Source: Eubacteriales bacterium
GTDB lineage: Bacteria > Bacillota > Clostridia > Oscillospirales > JAAYXM01
Assembly: GCA_045546975.1 (NCBI GenBank)
Contig: JAZQDV010000010.1
Span: forward strand, 128,098 to 192,097
Reading direction: 5' to 3'
DNA: 64,000 nt
Below the pieces are notes generated by a model, which saw nothing but the letters and a program-made list of their open reading frames with translations, ran no database searches and was not told where the DNA came from. Numbering within the stretch: the stretch's first letter is position 1; every line of letters starts with the position of its first letter. This document shows, piece after piece, positions 17,467-25,879 of the stretch. A program made the position numbers and the translations under genes.

Positions 17467-17535
17467 TATATCGAATTTTGCAGAGCAAAATATATCGAAC
17501 GGCGAAGTATATCGAATTTTGCAAAGCAAAATATA
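17467..17535 (+). repeat. two tandem 28-nt palindrome-containing units
   Basis: TATATCGAATTTTGCAGAGCAAAATATA (17467-17494) and TATATCGAATTTTGCAAAGCAAAATATA (17508-17535). Each contains ATTTTGC-N3-GCAAAAT. Confidence 0.8.
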
Positions 17536-17565
17536 GTATATAATATGTAAAACAAAATACAAATC

Positions 17566-17595
17566 AAAAAAACCGCATTGTTATGCGGTTTTTTG
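17566..17595. terminator. bidirectional intrinsic terminator
   Basis: AAAAA-AACCGCAT-TGTT-ATGCGGTT-TTTT. Confidence 0.65.
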
Positions 17596-17646
17596 CTTTT
17601 TGCCTCAAAAACGTAAAAAAAATTCCTGAAAAATTAATTTTTTCTG

Positions 17647-17675
17647 TTGACTTTTCCAAACCCGGGTAGTATACT
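17647..17675 (+). promoter_or_regulatory. sigmaA promoter of the secreted-protein gene
   Basis: TTGACT-N17-TATACT. Confidence 0.55.
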
Positions 17676-17735
17676 TATGTTATAAATCTGTTAAATTTAT
17701 GTTACAGATAACAAATTTTAGGAGGAAAAAGAGAC

Positions 17736-20345
17736 ATGAAAAAACTTTTGGCAATCATTCTCGCAACTGTCATGGTCGCAGCAATGCTTCCTGCAGGTAT
17801 CGTATCTGCTGCTGACACATTGGCAACTTACAACTATGTGTTCTCAGGTGATGCACATGGTGCAACAAAAGCTCTCACTTCAGGTGATGACTACACCCAG
17901 GCGCAGACTTTGACATTGGATGATACCGATACATCCGTATCGTCTGGTCGTTGGGGTCTTGAGGTAGCAGATACCGCAGCTGGAGGTTATACTGATACCC
18001 GTTATGCAGAGTCAGGTCACAATTCCTATTCCATGACGCTTCGTGGAGTCTGGAGAGACTTTGCGTATATCAGATTTAGCTCGGGTTCTGGCACCAGCTC
18101 CAACTTCTGGGGTGGTAGTAATGCTATCCCGACAATCGATTATTTGCCGGAAACAAGTTATTATCCGATGGTTATGATTCCGCTTGAGGTTGCAAAGTCG
18201 GGTACTTTCGTTCCGTCAATTCAGTCATCTCAGCAGGAGACAGGTGTCATTTGGGAGACATACCTCGTTAATATGTCAGATGTAGCTGAAGGCGCAACGG
18301 TTCGCGATGTTTTCAACGCAGCAACAAGTGCGGACCGCCTCGGTATTCTTGATACTTATGCAACAGCCGAAAAGACATTTGCACCGGTTGATCTTAAAAA
18401 GGGCAACTACTATCTCTTGTTCATAGCTAACGGTGCTAATGCTGCTGCTACGGTTTCAAGTGGTTACTACGAGTTCAGACTCTACTCTTTCACCCTTCAG
18501 GAGATCCTCGGCGCTGAAGTTGTTGGCACAAACACTAAGTTTGACCTTTCAACAGCAGCATATTCTGCTGACACTTTGGCAGGAGCAACAGAAGTAGAGC
18601 TTGTCAAGGAAGCTAACCTCAAGACAGATACAACAAATGATCTTGCAGCAAACTGGAACTTCATTGATACAACAAAATCAGGCAAGTGGGCATTCAAGTA
18701 CGGTTACGGCGCTTGGCTCCAGGCTACTGAAAACGGTTCAAATTCCGACACTCCTGCTAAGATCGCAGCAGATGGTTTAACTATCGGTCGGAATATCTTC
18801 ATACAGCGCATGAGAGGCAACGGTATTTATAATGCTAATGGAACATCTAATGCACCGTACTTTACGCTTCAGATAGATGTCCCGTATCCGGGAACATACG
18901 ATCTTGAAGTAGCAAACAGTGCTATGGCAGCACCCAGCCTTTTCTATAACGCTTATGTTTTACCTGAAGACGCAAACCAGACTTCTAATGCAAACTTCTA
19001 CACCGCTTATATCAGAGATACCGGACTTACAGACGGAAAGAGAGCTCAGAAGACAACCTATTTTGTAGGTTCAAGAGATCTTGCTACTGCAGGCTCAGGA
19101 AAGATCGGTTCATTCACTGCTGCAACAGCCGGAACATACTACATCGTATTCGAGTTTGATTGCGATATGAGCGTTTTGAACGCAAACAGCTCTGATAGCT
19201 GGACAAACGCACAGTCAATAACATTTAACAGCATTAACATTAAGTACACAGCTCGTCCTGCTGGTGCAACCTCTCCTGAGGCAATTGCTAAGGAGCAGCA
19301 GCAGAATGTTGATCCTGAAAACGCAGAGAAGGAAGCTGTTGGCAGCTCAACTGCAAACGTAACAGTTTTCGCAAAGGATATCGACGGTAACGCTATTGAT
19401 TACAACAACGGTATCGTTGAAGAAATCACAGGCATGGCAGTTGGTACAACAAAGCTTCTCACAGCTCCTGAAATTGATGGCTACAGATTTGACTACTGGG
19501 CACGCGGCATCGGCGAGAACAGCCGTCCGGTATCAACGAACCCCGAATATGTATTCAAGGCAACAAAGGGTGGCTCAAAGTTCTACGCTGTATACAGCGT
19601 AGCGGGCAAGTCTGAAACTTGCTGGGTAGAGTTCTATGATTCAAACCGTGAACTCGTTGAGCGTACAAAGTACGATGCAGGCGACACAGTTACAGTACCT
19701 GCACTCCCGACATCTTCAGCACGCGGCGAAGCTCTCATCTGGGCAAGCGCAGTTTCTGATTATGAATTTGATTATGAAGGTGGCGCAACATTCACAGCAC
19801 CGAATAGAGCAATCCTCGCATTCGTTGCAGAGTACGACACAGCAGAAGCTTCTCTCAAGGATGTTGAAGTTACAGTAGCAGGCACAACAGGTGCAACAGG
19901 CGCAGGCTCTTACAAGTTCGGTTCTACAGCAACAGTTGTAGCTCCTGCTCGTGAGAACGGAAAGGGCACAAAGGTATTTGCATACTGGACAAAGGGCGGC
20001 GAAATCGTAAGCTTTGAAAAGAGCTACAGCTTCGTTGCAACAAACGATGTAACAGTAACAGCTGTATACCAGGATTATGCACCTATTGCAACATCAGTCA
20101 GAAAGATTCTTGTTGATTCAGTTGCAGCAGGTTCAAACTCAGAAGTATTTGCAGAGTTCATCGGATGTGACGGCGCTCTCGAGCGTGGCTTCATCTTCGG
20201 TGAGGCAGATGTAACACTTGAGTCTGCACAGTACAAGGCATCAATGAAGAATTCAGCTGCAAAGAGCTTCTCAATGATTAACGACGTTGCTCTTACAGCA
20301 AAGGCTTATGCTATCTTCGCAGACGGCGTAATCTACAGCAAGTAA
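17736..20345 (+). CDS. secreted 869-aa protein of unknown function with C-terminal Flg_new-like repeats
   Basis: SD AGGAGG and signal peptide MKKLLAIILATVMVAAMLPAGIVSAAD. Two related ~240-aa N-terminal modules end in GNYYLLFIANG and GTYYIVFEFD. The C-terminal repeats are of the type (F/Y)xYW..G....S..xxYxFxAT.....AVY. No LPXTG or other anchor was seen. Confidence 0.7.
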   Translation: MKKLLAIILATVMVAAMLPAGIVSAADTLATYNYVFSGDAHGATKALTSGDDYTQAQTLTLDDTDTSVSSGRWGLEVADTAAGGYTDTRYAESGHNSYSMTLRGVWRDFAYIRFSSGSGTSSNFWGGSNAIPTIDYLPETSYYPMVMIPLEVAKSGTFVPSIQSSQQETGVIWETYLVNMSDVAEGATVRDVFNAATSADRLGILDTYATAEKTFAPVDLKKGNYYLLFIANGANAAATVSSGYYEFRLYSFTLQEILGAEVVGTNTKFDLSTAAYSADTLAGATEVELVKEANLKTDTTNDLAANWNFIDTTKSGKWAFKYGYGAWLQATENGSNSDTPAKIAADGLTIGRNIFIQRMRGNGIYNANGTSNAPYFTLQIDVPYPGTYDLEVANSAMAAPSLFYNAYVLPEDANQTSNANFYTAYIRDTGLTDGKRAQKTTYFVGSRDLATAGSGKIGSFTAATAGTYYIVFEFDCDMSVLNANSSDSWTNAQSITFNSINIKYTARPAGATSPEAIAKEQQQNVDPENAEKEAVGSSTANVTVFAKDIDGNAIDYNNGIVEEITGMAVGTTKLLTAPEIDGYRFDYWARGIGENSRPVSTNPEYVFKATKGGSKFYAVYSVAGKSETCWVEFYDSNRELVERTKYDAGDTVTVPALPTSSARGEALIWASAVSDYEFDYEGGATFTAPNRAILAFVAEYDTAEASLKDVEVTVAGTTGATGAGSYKFGSTATVVAPARENGKGTKVFAYWTKGGEIVSFEKSYSFVATNDVTVTAVYQDYAPIATSVRKILVDSVAAGSNSEVFAEFIGCDGALERGFIFGEADVTLESAQYKASMKNSAAKSFSMINDVALTAKAYAIFADGVIYSK

Positions 20346-20369
20346 GAATAAGTTTTTTCATTCCTAGTT

Positions 20370-20395
20370 AGGGAGAAAGGCGAAAGCCTTTCTCC
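20370..20395 (+). terminator. stem-loop after the secreted-protein gene
   Basis: GGGAGAAAGGC-GAAA-GCCTTTCTCCC. Confidence 0.5.
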
Positions 20396-20414
20396 CTATT
20401 GCTTTATATGCAAA

Positions 20415-20550
20415 TAAAAAAGCCTCACATTGAGGCAGTGAAACAAAGCGCTATAACAAAAAGCCTTCTCCTTGAGGAGAAGGTGGGTTTTGCGAAGCAA
20501 AACTCGGATGAGGTGTGAATAGTGATGTGGAAGTGATGAGGAGTGTAAAG
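20415..20550 (+). repeat. modular hairpin repeat block R5 (M1 variant + M1 + M2)
   Basis: AAAAAAGCCTCACATTGAGGC, then AAAAGCCTTCTCCTTGAGGAGAAGGTGGGTTTTGCGAAGCAAAACTCGGATGAGGTG (20459-20515), then GTGATG/GATGAGG-rich spacer. Confidence 0.85.
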
Positions 20551-20551
20551 A

Positions 20552-20899
20552 TTATACAATATGATTAAGTATATCTTGACAGACACTTTTGAAATTTCGA
20601 TTTACATCTAAATTTGAATATCTTAACACCTTTATTCCGAGTTCATTCAGATATAAATCTCGTTGTAAATCATTTTCTGTTCCATTTGATTCAAAATGCT
20701 GTGAACCGTCAAGCTCTATAACAAGCTTTGACGATGCGATGTAAAAATCGACTATATATTTACCTATCACTTTTTGTCTGTGCACAGTAACAGGTATATT
20801 TTTCAAGAAGTCATACCAGAGATGGCGTTCTTCTTTTGTCATATTCTTTCGTAAAGTTTTGGAGTTGTTTGTCAACTTTGAATTGCTTATTTTATTCAT
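20552..20899 (-). CDS. DUF559 (Vsr-like endonuclease fold) protein, copy B
   Basis: 115 aa, about 78% identical by eye to copy A (MNKISNSKLTNNSKTLRKNMTKEERHLWYDFLKNIPVTVHRQKVIGKYIVDFYIASSKLVIELDGSQH...). Confidence 0.8.
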   Translation of the reverse strand: MNKISNSKLTNNSKTLRKNMTKEERHLWYDFLKNIPVTVHRQKVIGKYIVDFYIASSKLVIELDGSQHFESNGTENDLQRDLYLNELGIKVLRYSNLDVNRNFKSVCQDILNHIV

Positions 20900-20919
20900 G
20901 TATTCCTCGTTGTTTATTG

Positions 20920-21072
20920 CACCCTCATCAGTCTCGCTGTGCTCGACAGCTTCTCCCGGAGGGAGAAGCCTCTTTTACTCCCCAAAAGCCTTCTCCTTGA
21001 GGAGAAGGTGGGTTTTGCGAAGCAAAACTCGGATGAGGTGGAGATAGTGAGGTGAAATTGATGAGGTGTAAC
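20920..21072 (+). repeat. modular repeat block R6 (M3 + M1 + M2)
   Basis: CACCCTCATCAGTCTCGCTGTGCTCGACAGCTTCTCCCGGAGGGAGAAGCCTC followed by the 57-nt M1+M2 unit at 20984-21040 and GAGATAGTGAGGTG. Confidence 0.85.
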
Positions 21073-21082
21073 AATTTTTCAC

Positions 21083-21916
21083 TTACTTATTTCTTCCCGA
21101 TAAATTCCTGAACTTAAGTGGAGAGATACCGTTCTGCTTCTTGAAAAGTCTTGAGTAGTATGCAGTACCGGAAAAGCCGCTCTTTTGGGAAATTTCCTCT
21201 ATTGAGAGGCTTGTTGTAAGCAATAGGTCCTTTGACTGTTCAATTCGTCTTGTATTTATGTATTCGTTTACAGTACAGTTGAAGTGCGTTCGGAACAGCT
21301 TATATAAAAGAGTTTTTGAAACGTTTATCTTGCTTGAGATATACTGTATCGTAAGGTGATTTTCGATATTGCTGTTGATAAAGTCTATCGCCGCCTCAAT
21401 GTTCTTATCAAAGCTTGGCTTCAGCATATTTTCAAGAAGAACATATTTCGATATCATAACTGCAATATTTGCGATGCTTGATATCTTCTCGCTGCAGTAT
21501 AGCGGAAGCTCGGTATAGTATTTTTCCATATCATCCATATCAAGACCGAGCTTTGATATATATTCCTTAACCTTATCAAAGTCAGGCTCGGTTTTCATCT
21601 GCCCGAGGATAAGATACCCAAGAATCATATCACGGTGGAAAATCGGTACGGCAACGTCTACAAGACGCGCATGGCAAATATGAATCTCCATTTTTTTCGT
21701 GCGCGCACATTTGAGAAGCAAGCTCGTGTCCGATTCAAGACAGCACCGTTCTCCAACCTTTGTGCCGTGAATTGCAGCACAGTACTTATTGTGCGAAAAG
21801 TCATTGAGATGCGTGGGGGAGAGGGAACTGTCAATAAAGTTTATATTAAGCCCCGTCGCATTTGAAAAGTCCGACAGCGCACGCTTTAATTTTTCCTGGT
21901 TACAGTCAACAAACAT
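21083..21916 (-). CDS. AraC-family transcriptional regulator with N-terminal PocR sensor domain
   Basis: Start moved to ATG 21916 (MFVDCNQEKL). The PocR-like region has CxxIH and HICHARL motifs. The C-terminus is an AraC-type double HTH (SQKSGFSGTAYYSRLFKK). Confidence 0.8.
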   Translation of the reverse strand: MFVDCNQEKLKRALSDFSNATGLNINFIDSSLSPTHLNDFSHNKYCAAIHGTKVGERCCLESDTSLLLKCARTKKMEIHICHARLVDVAVPIFHRDMILGYLILGQMKTEPDFDKVKEYISKLGLDMDDMEKYYTELPLYCSEKISSIANIAVMISKYVLLENMLKPSFDKNIEAAIDFINSNIENHLTIQYISSKINVSKTLLYKLFRTHFNCTVNEYINTRRIEQSKDLLLTTSLSIEEISQKSGFSGTAYYSRLFKKQNGISPLKFRNLSGRNK

Positions 21917-22076
21917 ATATCCACCGCCTTTATATTTAAGATACCACACATCAAAGCTTAAATCAACATTTTTATCACGAAAAAATGGAATATAGTGCAA
22001 AAAATGTGGAAGATAATGTATTGCTTTTATTGTCAAATAAAGTACAATTAAAGGTATAAAGGAGGCGTGTGCCGAT

Positions 22077-23807
22077 ATGAAATTTTTCCACGTTTACAAC
22101 GAAAAGTACTTTGACGGCCTTGTGAAAAACAACCTCATAAATGAGGACACAGGCTTTAAGATTCAGCATATATTCTCAATGCCGGATGAGCTTAAGTTCA
22201 ATAAGTTCGCGGCAAAGGGGACAAAGCTCCACAGCATTATAAAAGAAGGCAAAATTCCGTTCTATGTCGACCGTATCTCAGGCGGTTGCACCTATCACGA
22301 ATATACCTTTGATAAAGACCTCATCCGTGAGTATGAGAATATTCTCGGCAAGTGGTTTTTGGGATTTCAGATTCATGAGAGTGCAAGCAATGTTCATCAC
22401 GAATGGCGAATAATCAAGGATAGACTCAAAGGGCAGACTGGCCCGTTTGATGTTCAGTTCTTAAAAGAGAATATTATGAGTGACTTTGCGACTCTTCCGG
22501 ATGGTACCCTTCTTCCCGATCTCGGACATTTCAGTATAGAAGAGATTGCAAAGCTTAAGTATCCTATGAGTCCCGAGGAGCTTATGGAGCAGATGAAACA
22601 GCTCTACAAAATGCGAATGGAGCAGACTCTCGGACATCTTCTTCCGGTCGATAGCTACTATCTCGCAACAAAGCTCGATGACAAGCTCGGCATGAAGACC
22701 TTTATGCCTGAGGTTGGTTGCCAGATAGGCCAGATGCGTGTTGCAGTTGCTCTCGCGCGCGGTATGGCAGAAAACAGAAATAAGATGTGGGGTACATACT
22801 ACGAGACATGGATGAGCTCACATAAATACGGCTTCACAATGCCGTGCTTCAACACAGAACCGGGCAACGAGTGGTATCTCCCGCAGGATCAGCATCCTGA
22901 CGATTTTTCAACCTACGGCGAAAACGGCGGAAGCTCACGACTTCTCCAGAAGAGAATTTACTACTATTCACTTATGTCAGGTGCAGATTACCTCGGCGAG
23001 GAATGGGGTCTTAATTGCAGTTACAAGGAAATGCACGGCGACTTTGAGCTTTCCGATTACGGTCTTGCAAAGAAGGATTTTATCGACTTTGCGCGTGAGC
23101 ACAAGACCGTAAAGGCACATATTCCGTTTGCTATCGTTCTTCCGCTTGAGTATGAAACTGTTCAGATTGACTGGCGCGGCACTCCGTATAAGATTGGCGT
23201 TCCGCGTGAGAATTATCTTGGGTATAAGCTCGATGATGTAAGACGTGCGCGTATCGGTCACATTGAAGATGTTATCAAGCTCTTCCTCGGCGACAGACAG
23301 AAGGAGTACGGCAACGAAGGCCACGTTATGGAAAACTCACGTTTCGGTGACCTCTTCGACATCATCTACGCTGACGAGTCAGATGAGGTACTCGGAAAAT
23401 ACGAGGCACTCATCGATGCAAGCGTTGACGGTGATTTTGCAAAAGCTAAGGGCGGAAAGTTCCGCGTATTTGACGGCAGAGATCTCGAAAAGCTCGAAAA
23501 CGATATCAAGGCTCTTGCAATGGAGATTCTCCCCGTATATGTTGATGACCTCCATTGGCTCATTTCAAAAGACGCTGAGGGCAGACGTTACCTCTCTATT
23601 TTCAACAACGAGGGTAACATACGCGACTTTATGATAGGCAACACTATCGACCACGAGGCAGACCGCAGAGTAAAGGTAAGCTTCAAGGATTCCGCAAACC
23701 TTAATCTTGTGAAGTACGGTAACGACGAAATCAAGGTTGAAAAGGTTGACGACAAGACATACTACGTCACAGTTCCTGCAACTGCATACGCAATATTTGA
23801 GTATTAA
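22077..23807 (+). CDS. hypothetical 576-aa cytoplasmic protein (possible uncharacterised glycoside-hydrolase-like enzyme)
   Basis: Long ORF with no signal peptide, divergent from the PocR-AraC regulator. I recognise no family. The hydrolase guess rests only on context. Confidence 0.55.
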   Translation: MKFFHVYNEKYFDGLVKNNLINEDTGFKIQHIFSMPDELKFNKFAAKGTKLHSIIKEGKIPFYVDRISGGCTYHEYTFDKDLIREYENILGKWFLGFQIHESASNVHHEWRIIKDRLKGQTGPFDVQFLKENIMSDFATLPDGTLLPDLGHFSIEEIAKLKYPMSPEELMEQMKQLYKMRMEQTLGHLLPVDSYYLATKLDDKLGMKTFMPEVGCQIGQMRVAVALARGMAENRNKMWGTYYETWMSSHKYGFTMPCFNTEPGNEWYLPQDQHPDDFSTYGENGGSSRLLQKRIYYYSLMSGADYLGEEWGLNCSYKEMHGDFELSDYGLAKKDFIDFAREHKTVKAHIPFAIVLPLEYETVQIDWRGTPYKIGVPRENYLGYKLDDVRRARIGHIEDVIKLFLGDRQKEYGNEGHVMENSRFGDLFDIIYADESDEVLGKYEALIDASVDGDFAKAKGGKFRVFDGRDLEKLENDIKALAMEILPVYVDDLHWLISKDAEGRRYLSIFNNEGNIRDFMIGNTIDHEADRRVKVSFKDSANLNLVKYGNDEIKVEKVDDKTYYVTVPATAYAIFEY

Positions 23808-23810
23808 TAT

Positions 23811-23870
23811 AAAAGCCTCACATTGAAGCAGAGGAGAGAACAAAAAGCCTTCTCCTTGAGGTAGTGAAGC
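23811..23870 (+). repeat. modular hairpin repeat R7 (M1 variant + truncated M1)
   Basis: AAAAGCCTCACATTGAAGC ... AAAAGCCTTCTCCTTGAGGTAGTGAAGC. The second part parallels 17295-17322. Confidence 0.8.
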
Positions 23871-23885
23871 CCGTAACACAACAAA

Positions 23886-23922
23886 AACACCGCCTGTACA
23901 ATGTACAGGCGGGGTTTTTTGT
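23886..23922. terminator. bidirectional intrinsic terminator
   Basis: CCGCCTGTAC-AAT-GTACAGGCGG flanked by A and T runs. Confidence 0.7.
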
Positions 23923-23931
23923 TGTGTTCGA

Positions 23932-25731
23932 TTAAAGTTCTACGTTTTCAAGCGCTACAAGGTACTGTGCGCGGCGCATTTCCTGCTCTGCCATATAAGA
24001 GCTATCTCCTGATGTATGGAGCTCTGTGAGGTATCTGTGGTGGTTTTTCATTATCTCTGCATTGTTGCGGCCGAGGAACTGCAATGCTATGCTTGAACAC
24101 TGGTCAGCTGTACGCTCGAGATGTGTAAGTGCTTCAAGGAAAACGAGACCCGAATCTACAACGCAAACGCCCTGACGGAGTCTTGTTGCGTGGCGGTTAC
24201 GGAGAATGAGAACCATATCGTCAATAACCTCTTCAAGCGGCTCGATGCGGCGTGCGGATTCCTGGCTGTCGTTTTCAAGAGCATCAACCGTGAGGCGAAG
24301 AATCTCAAGAATTGCATCACCCATAATTTTGAGCTCTTTCTTTGCGCTGTCAGAGAAGTTGTGGTTGTTCTCCTTGATTTTCACCGCAAGCTCGTCAAAG
24401 TTTGTTGCGTAGTCGCCGATACGCTCAACATCAGGAATACACTGCATAAGCATATTGAGGTGGCGGTTTTCGGCATCAGAATCGATGTTGTGCGAAAGCT
24501 CGATGAGGTAGTTGTCCGCAGAGTCTGCAAACGAGTCGAGACGTGCTTCGCACTGCGCGATTGTTGCTGAAACCTCAGGGTCATAGTTTACAAGCTGACC
24601 AAGGCTTAATGAGATATTGTCGCGCGCTGCCTTTGCCATTGAAACAAGCGCCTTATTAACTCCTTCAAGAGCAACGGGCGGGGAAATCATAAGCTTCGGG
24701 TCAAGATATGCAAGCTCGGGGTATCTGTCTTCTTCAACTTTATCATCTTTGACAAGCTTGCAAGAGAGTTTGACGAGAAGGCTTGTAAACGGAAGGAGAA
24801 GTACTGCGGTAATGAGGTTGAAGACTGTCTGGAAGTTTGCGATAACACCGCTGTCTGCCGTGCTTGTCCACAAATCGCCGAATGCTCCGAAGCGTCTGAG
24901 AATCGTAAGCGCTATCATAAATACGATAGTACCGATTGTGTTGAAGATGATATGAACAACGCCCGTTCTCTTTGCATCTTTTCCTGTACCGATAGAACAA
25001 ACAAGAGCAGTTGTTACGCAGGTACCGAGGTTGATACCCATGATTATCGGGTAGATAAGGTCAAATGTCATGGTGTCGGTAGATGAGAGCGCCTGAAGAA
25101 TACCGACAACCGCAGAAGAACTCTGGATAATAACAGTGAAAACAAGACCGACAAGAATACCGACGACGGGAAGTTCGCGGAAGTAATTGATGATATCAAG
25201 GAAAATCTGAGAGTCTGCAAGGGGCTTAACGGCGTTTGTCATAGTCATAAGACCTGTAAAGAGAATACCAAAGCCAAGTGCAATCATACCGACGTTCTTT
25301 GAGTTGCCGCGCTTTATAAACATAATAAGGATTATGCCGATTACAAGAGCGATAGGTGCAAGTGTGTCGGGCTTGAAAAACTCAAGAATCATATTTCCTG
25401 AAGAATCAATATCCATAAGACGGATAATCTGTGCGGTCACCGTCGTACCGATGTTTGCACCCATAACAATGCTTGCTGCCTGACGGAGGTTAAGAACGCC
25501 TGCGCCGATAAGACCGACGGTAAGAACGATTGTTGCGGTAGAACTCTGGATAATGGCGGTTACAAGCGTACCGGTAAGAAGACCGAGGAAAATATTGTGT
25601 GTAAGTTTTCCGAGGACGTTCTTCAGCGTAGCACCTGAGCCGTGTTTTAAGCCGTCACCCATGATTTCCATTCCGTAGAGGAACATTGCAAGACCGCCGA
25701 GTACGGTAACTATTGTGAGAAACGTGTTCAT
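23932..25731 (-). CDS. Na/Pi-cotransporter family protein with PhoU-like C-terminal domain
   Basis: 599 aa with an N-terminal duplicated NptA region (IIQSSTATIV / IIQSSSAVVG) and a helical PhoU-like C-terminal half. Confidence 0.85.
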   Translation of the reverse strand: MNTFLTIVTVLGGLAMFLYGMEIMGDGLKHGSGATLKNVLGKLTHNIFLGLLTGTLVTAIIQSSTATIVLTVGLIGAGVLNLRQAASIVMGANIGTTVTAQIIRLMDIDSSGNMILEFFKPDTLAPIALVIGIILIMFIKRGNSKNVGMIALGFGILFTGLMTMTNAVKPLADSQIFLDIINYFRELPVVGILVGLVFTVIIQSSSAVVGILQALSSTDTMTFDLIYPIIMGINLGTCVTTALVCSIGTGKDAKRTGVVHIIFNTIGTIVFMIALTILRRFGAFGDLWTSTADSGVIANFQTVFNLITAVLLLPFTSLLVKLSCKLVKDDKVEEDRYPELAYLDPKLMISPPVALEGVNKALVSMAKAARDNISLSLGQLVNYDPEVSATIAQCEARLDSFADSADNYLIELSHNIDSDAENRHLNMLMQCIPDVERIGDYATNFDELAVKIKENNHNFSDSAKKELKIMGDAILEILRLTVDALENDSQESARRIEPLEEVIDDMVLILRNRHATRLRQGVCVVDSGLVFLEALTHLERTADQCSSIALQFLGRNNAEIMKNHHRYLTELHTSGDSSYMAEQEMRRAQYLVALENVEL

Positions 25732-25879
25732 ATGATATTACTCCTGTTAGTTTCAAAATTTCCCAAATAAATTATAGTTTATTTATTTGCAAATTTCAAT
25801 AGTTTTGTTGCATTTTTTTGGTATTGATATATTTCTGTAATGTGGTATACTTTAAGAAAAAACTTCTGGAGGCTGCACC

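Noticed and set aside
17467-17535. Possible mini-CRISPR array
   Set aside because: There are only two repeat units with a 13-nt spacer, no cas genes and a palindromic AT-rich unit related to the local repeat family. It is reported as a repeat instead.
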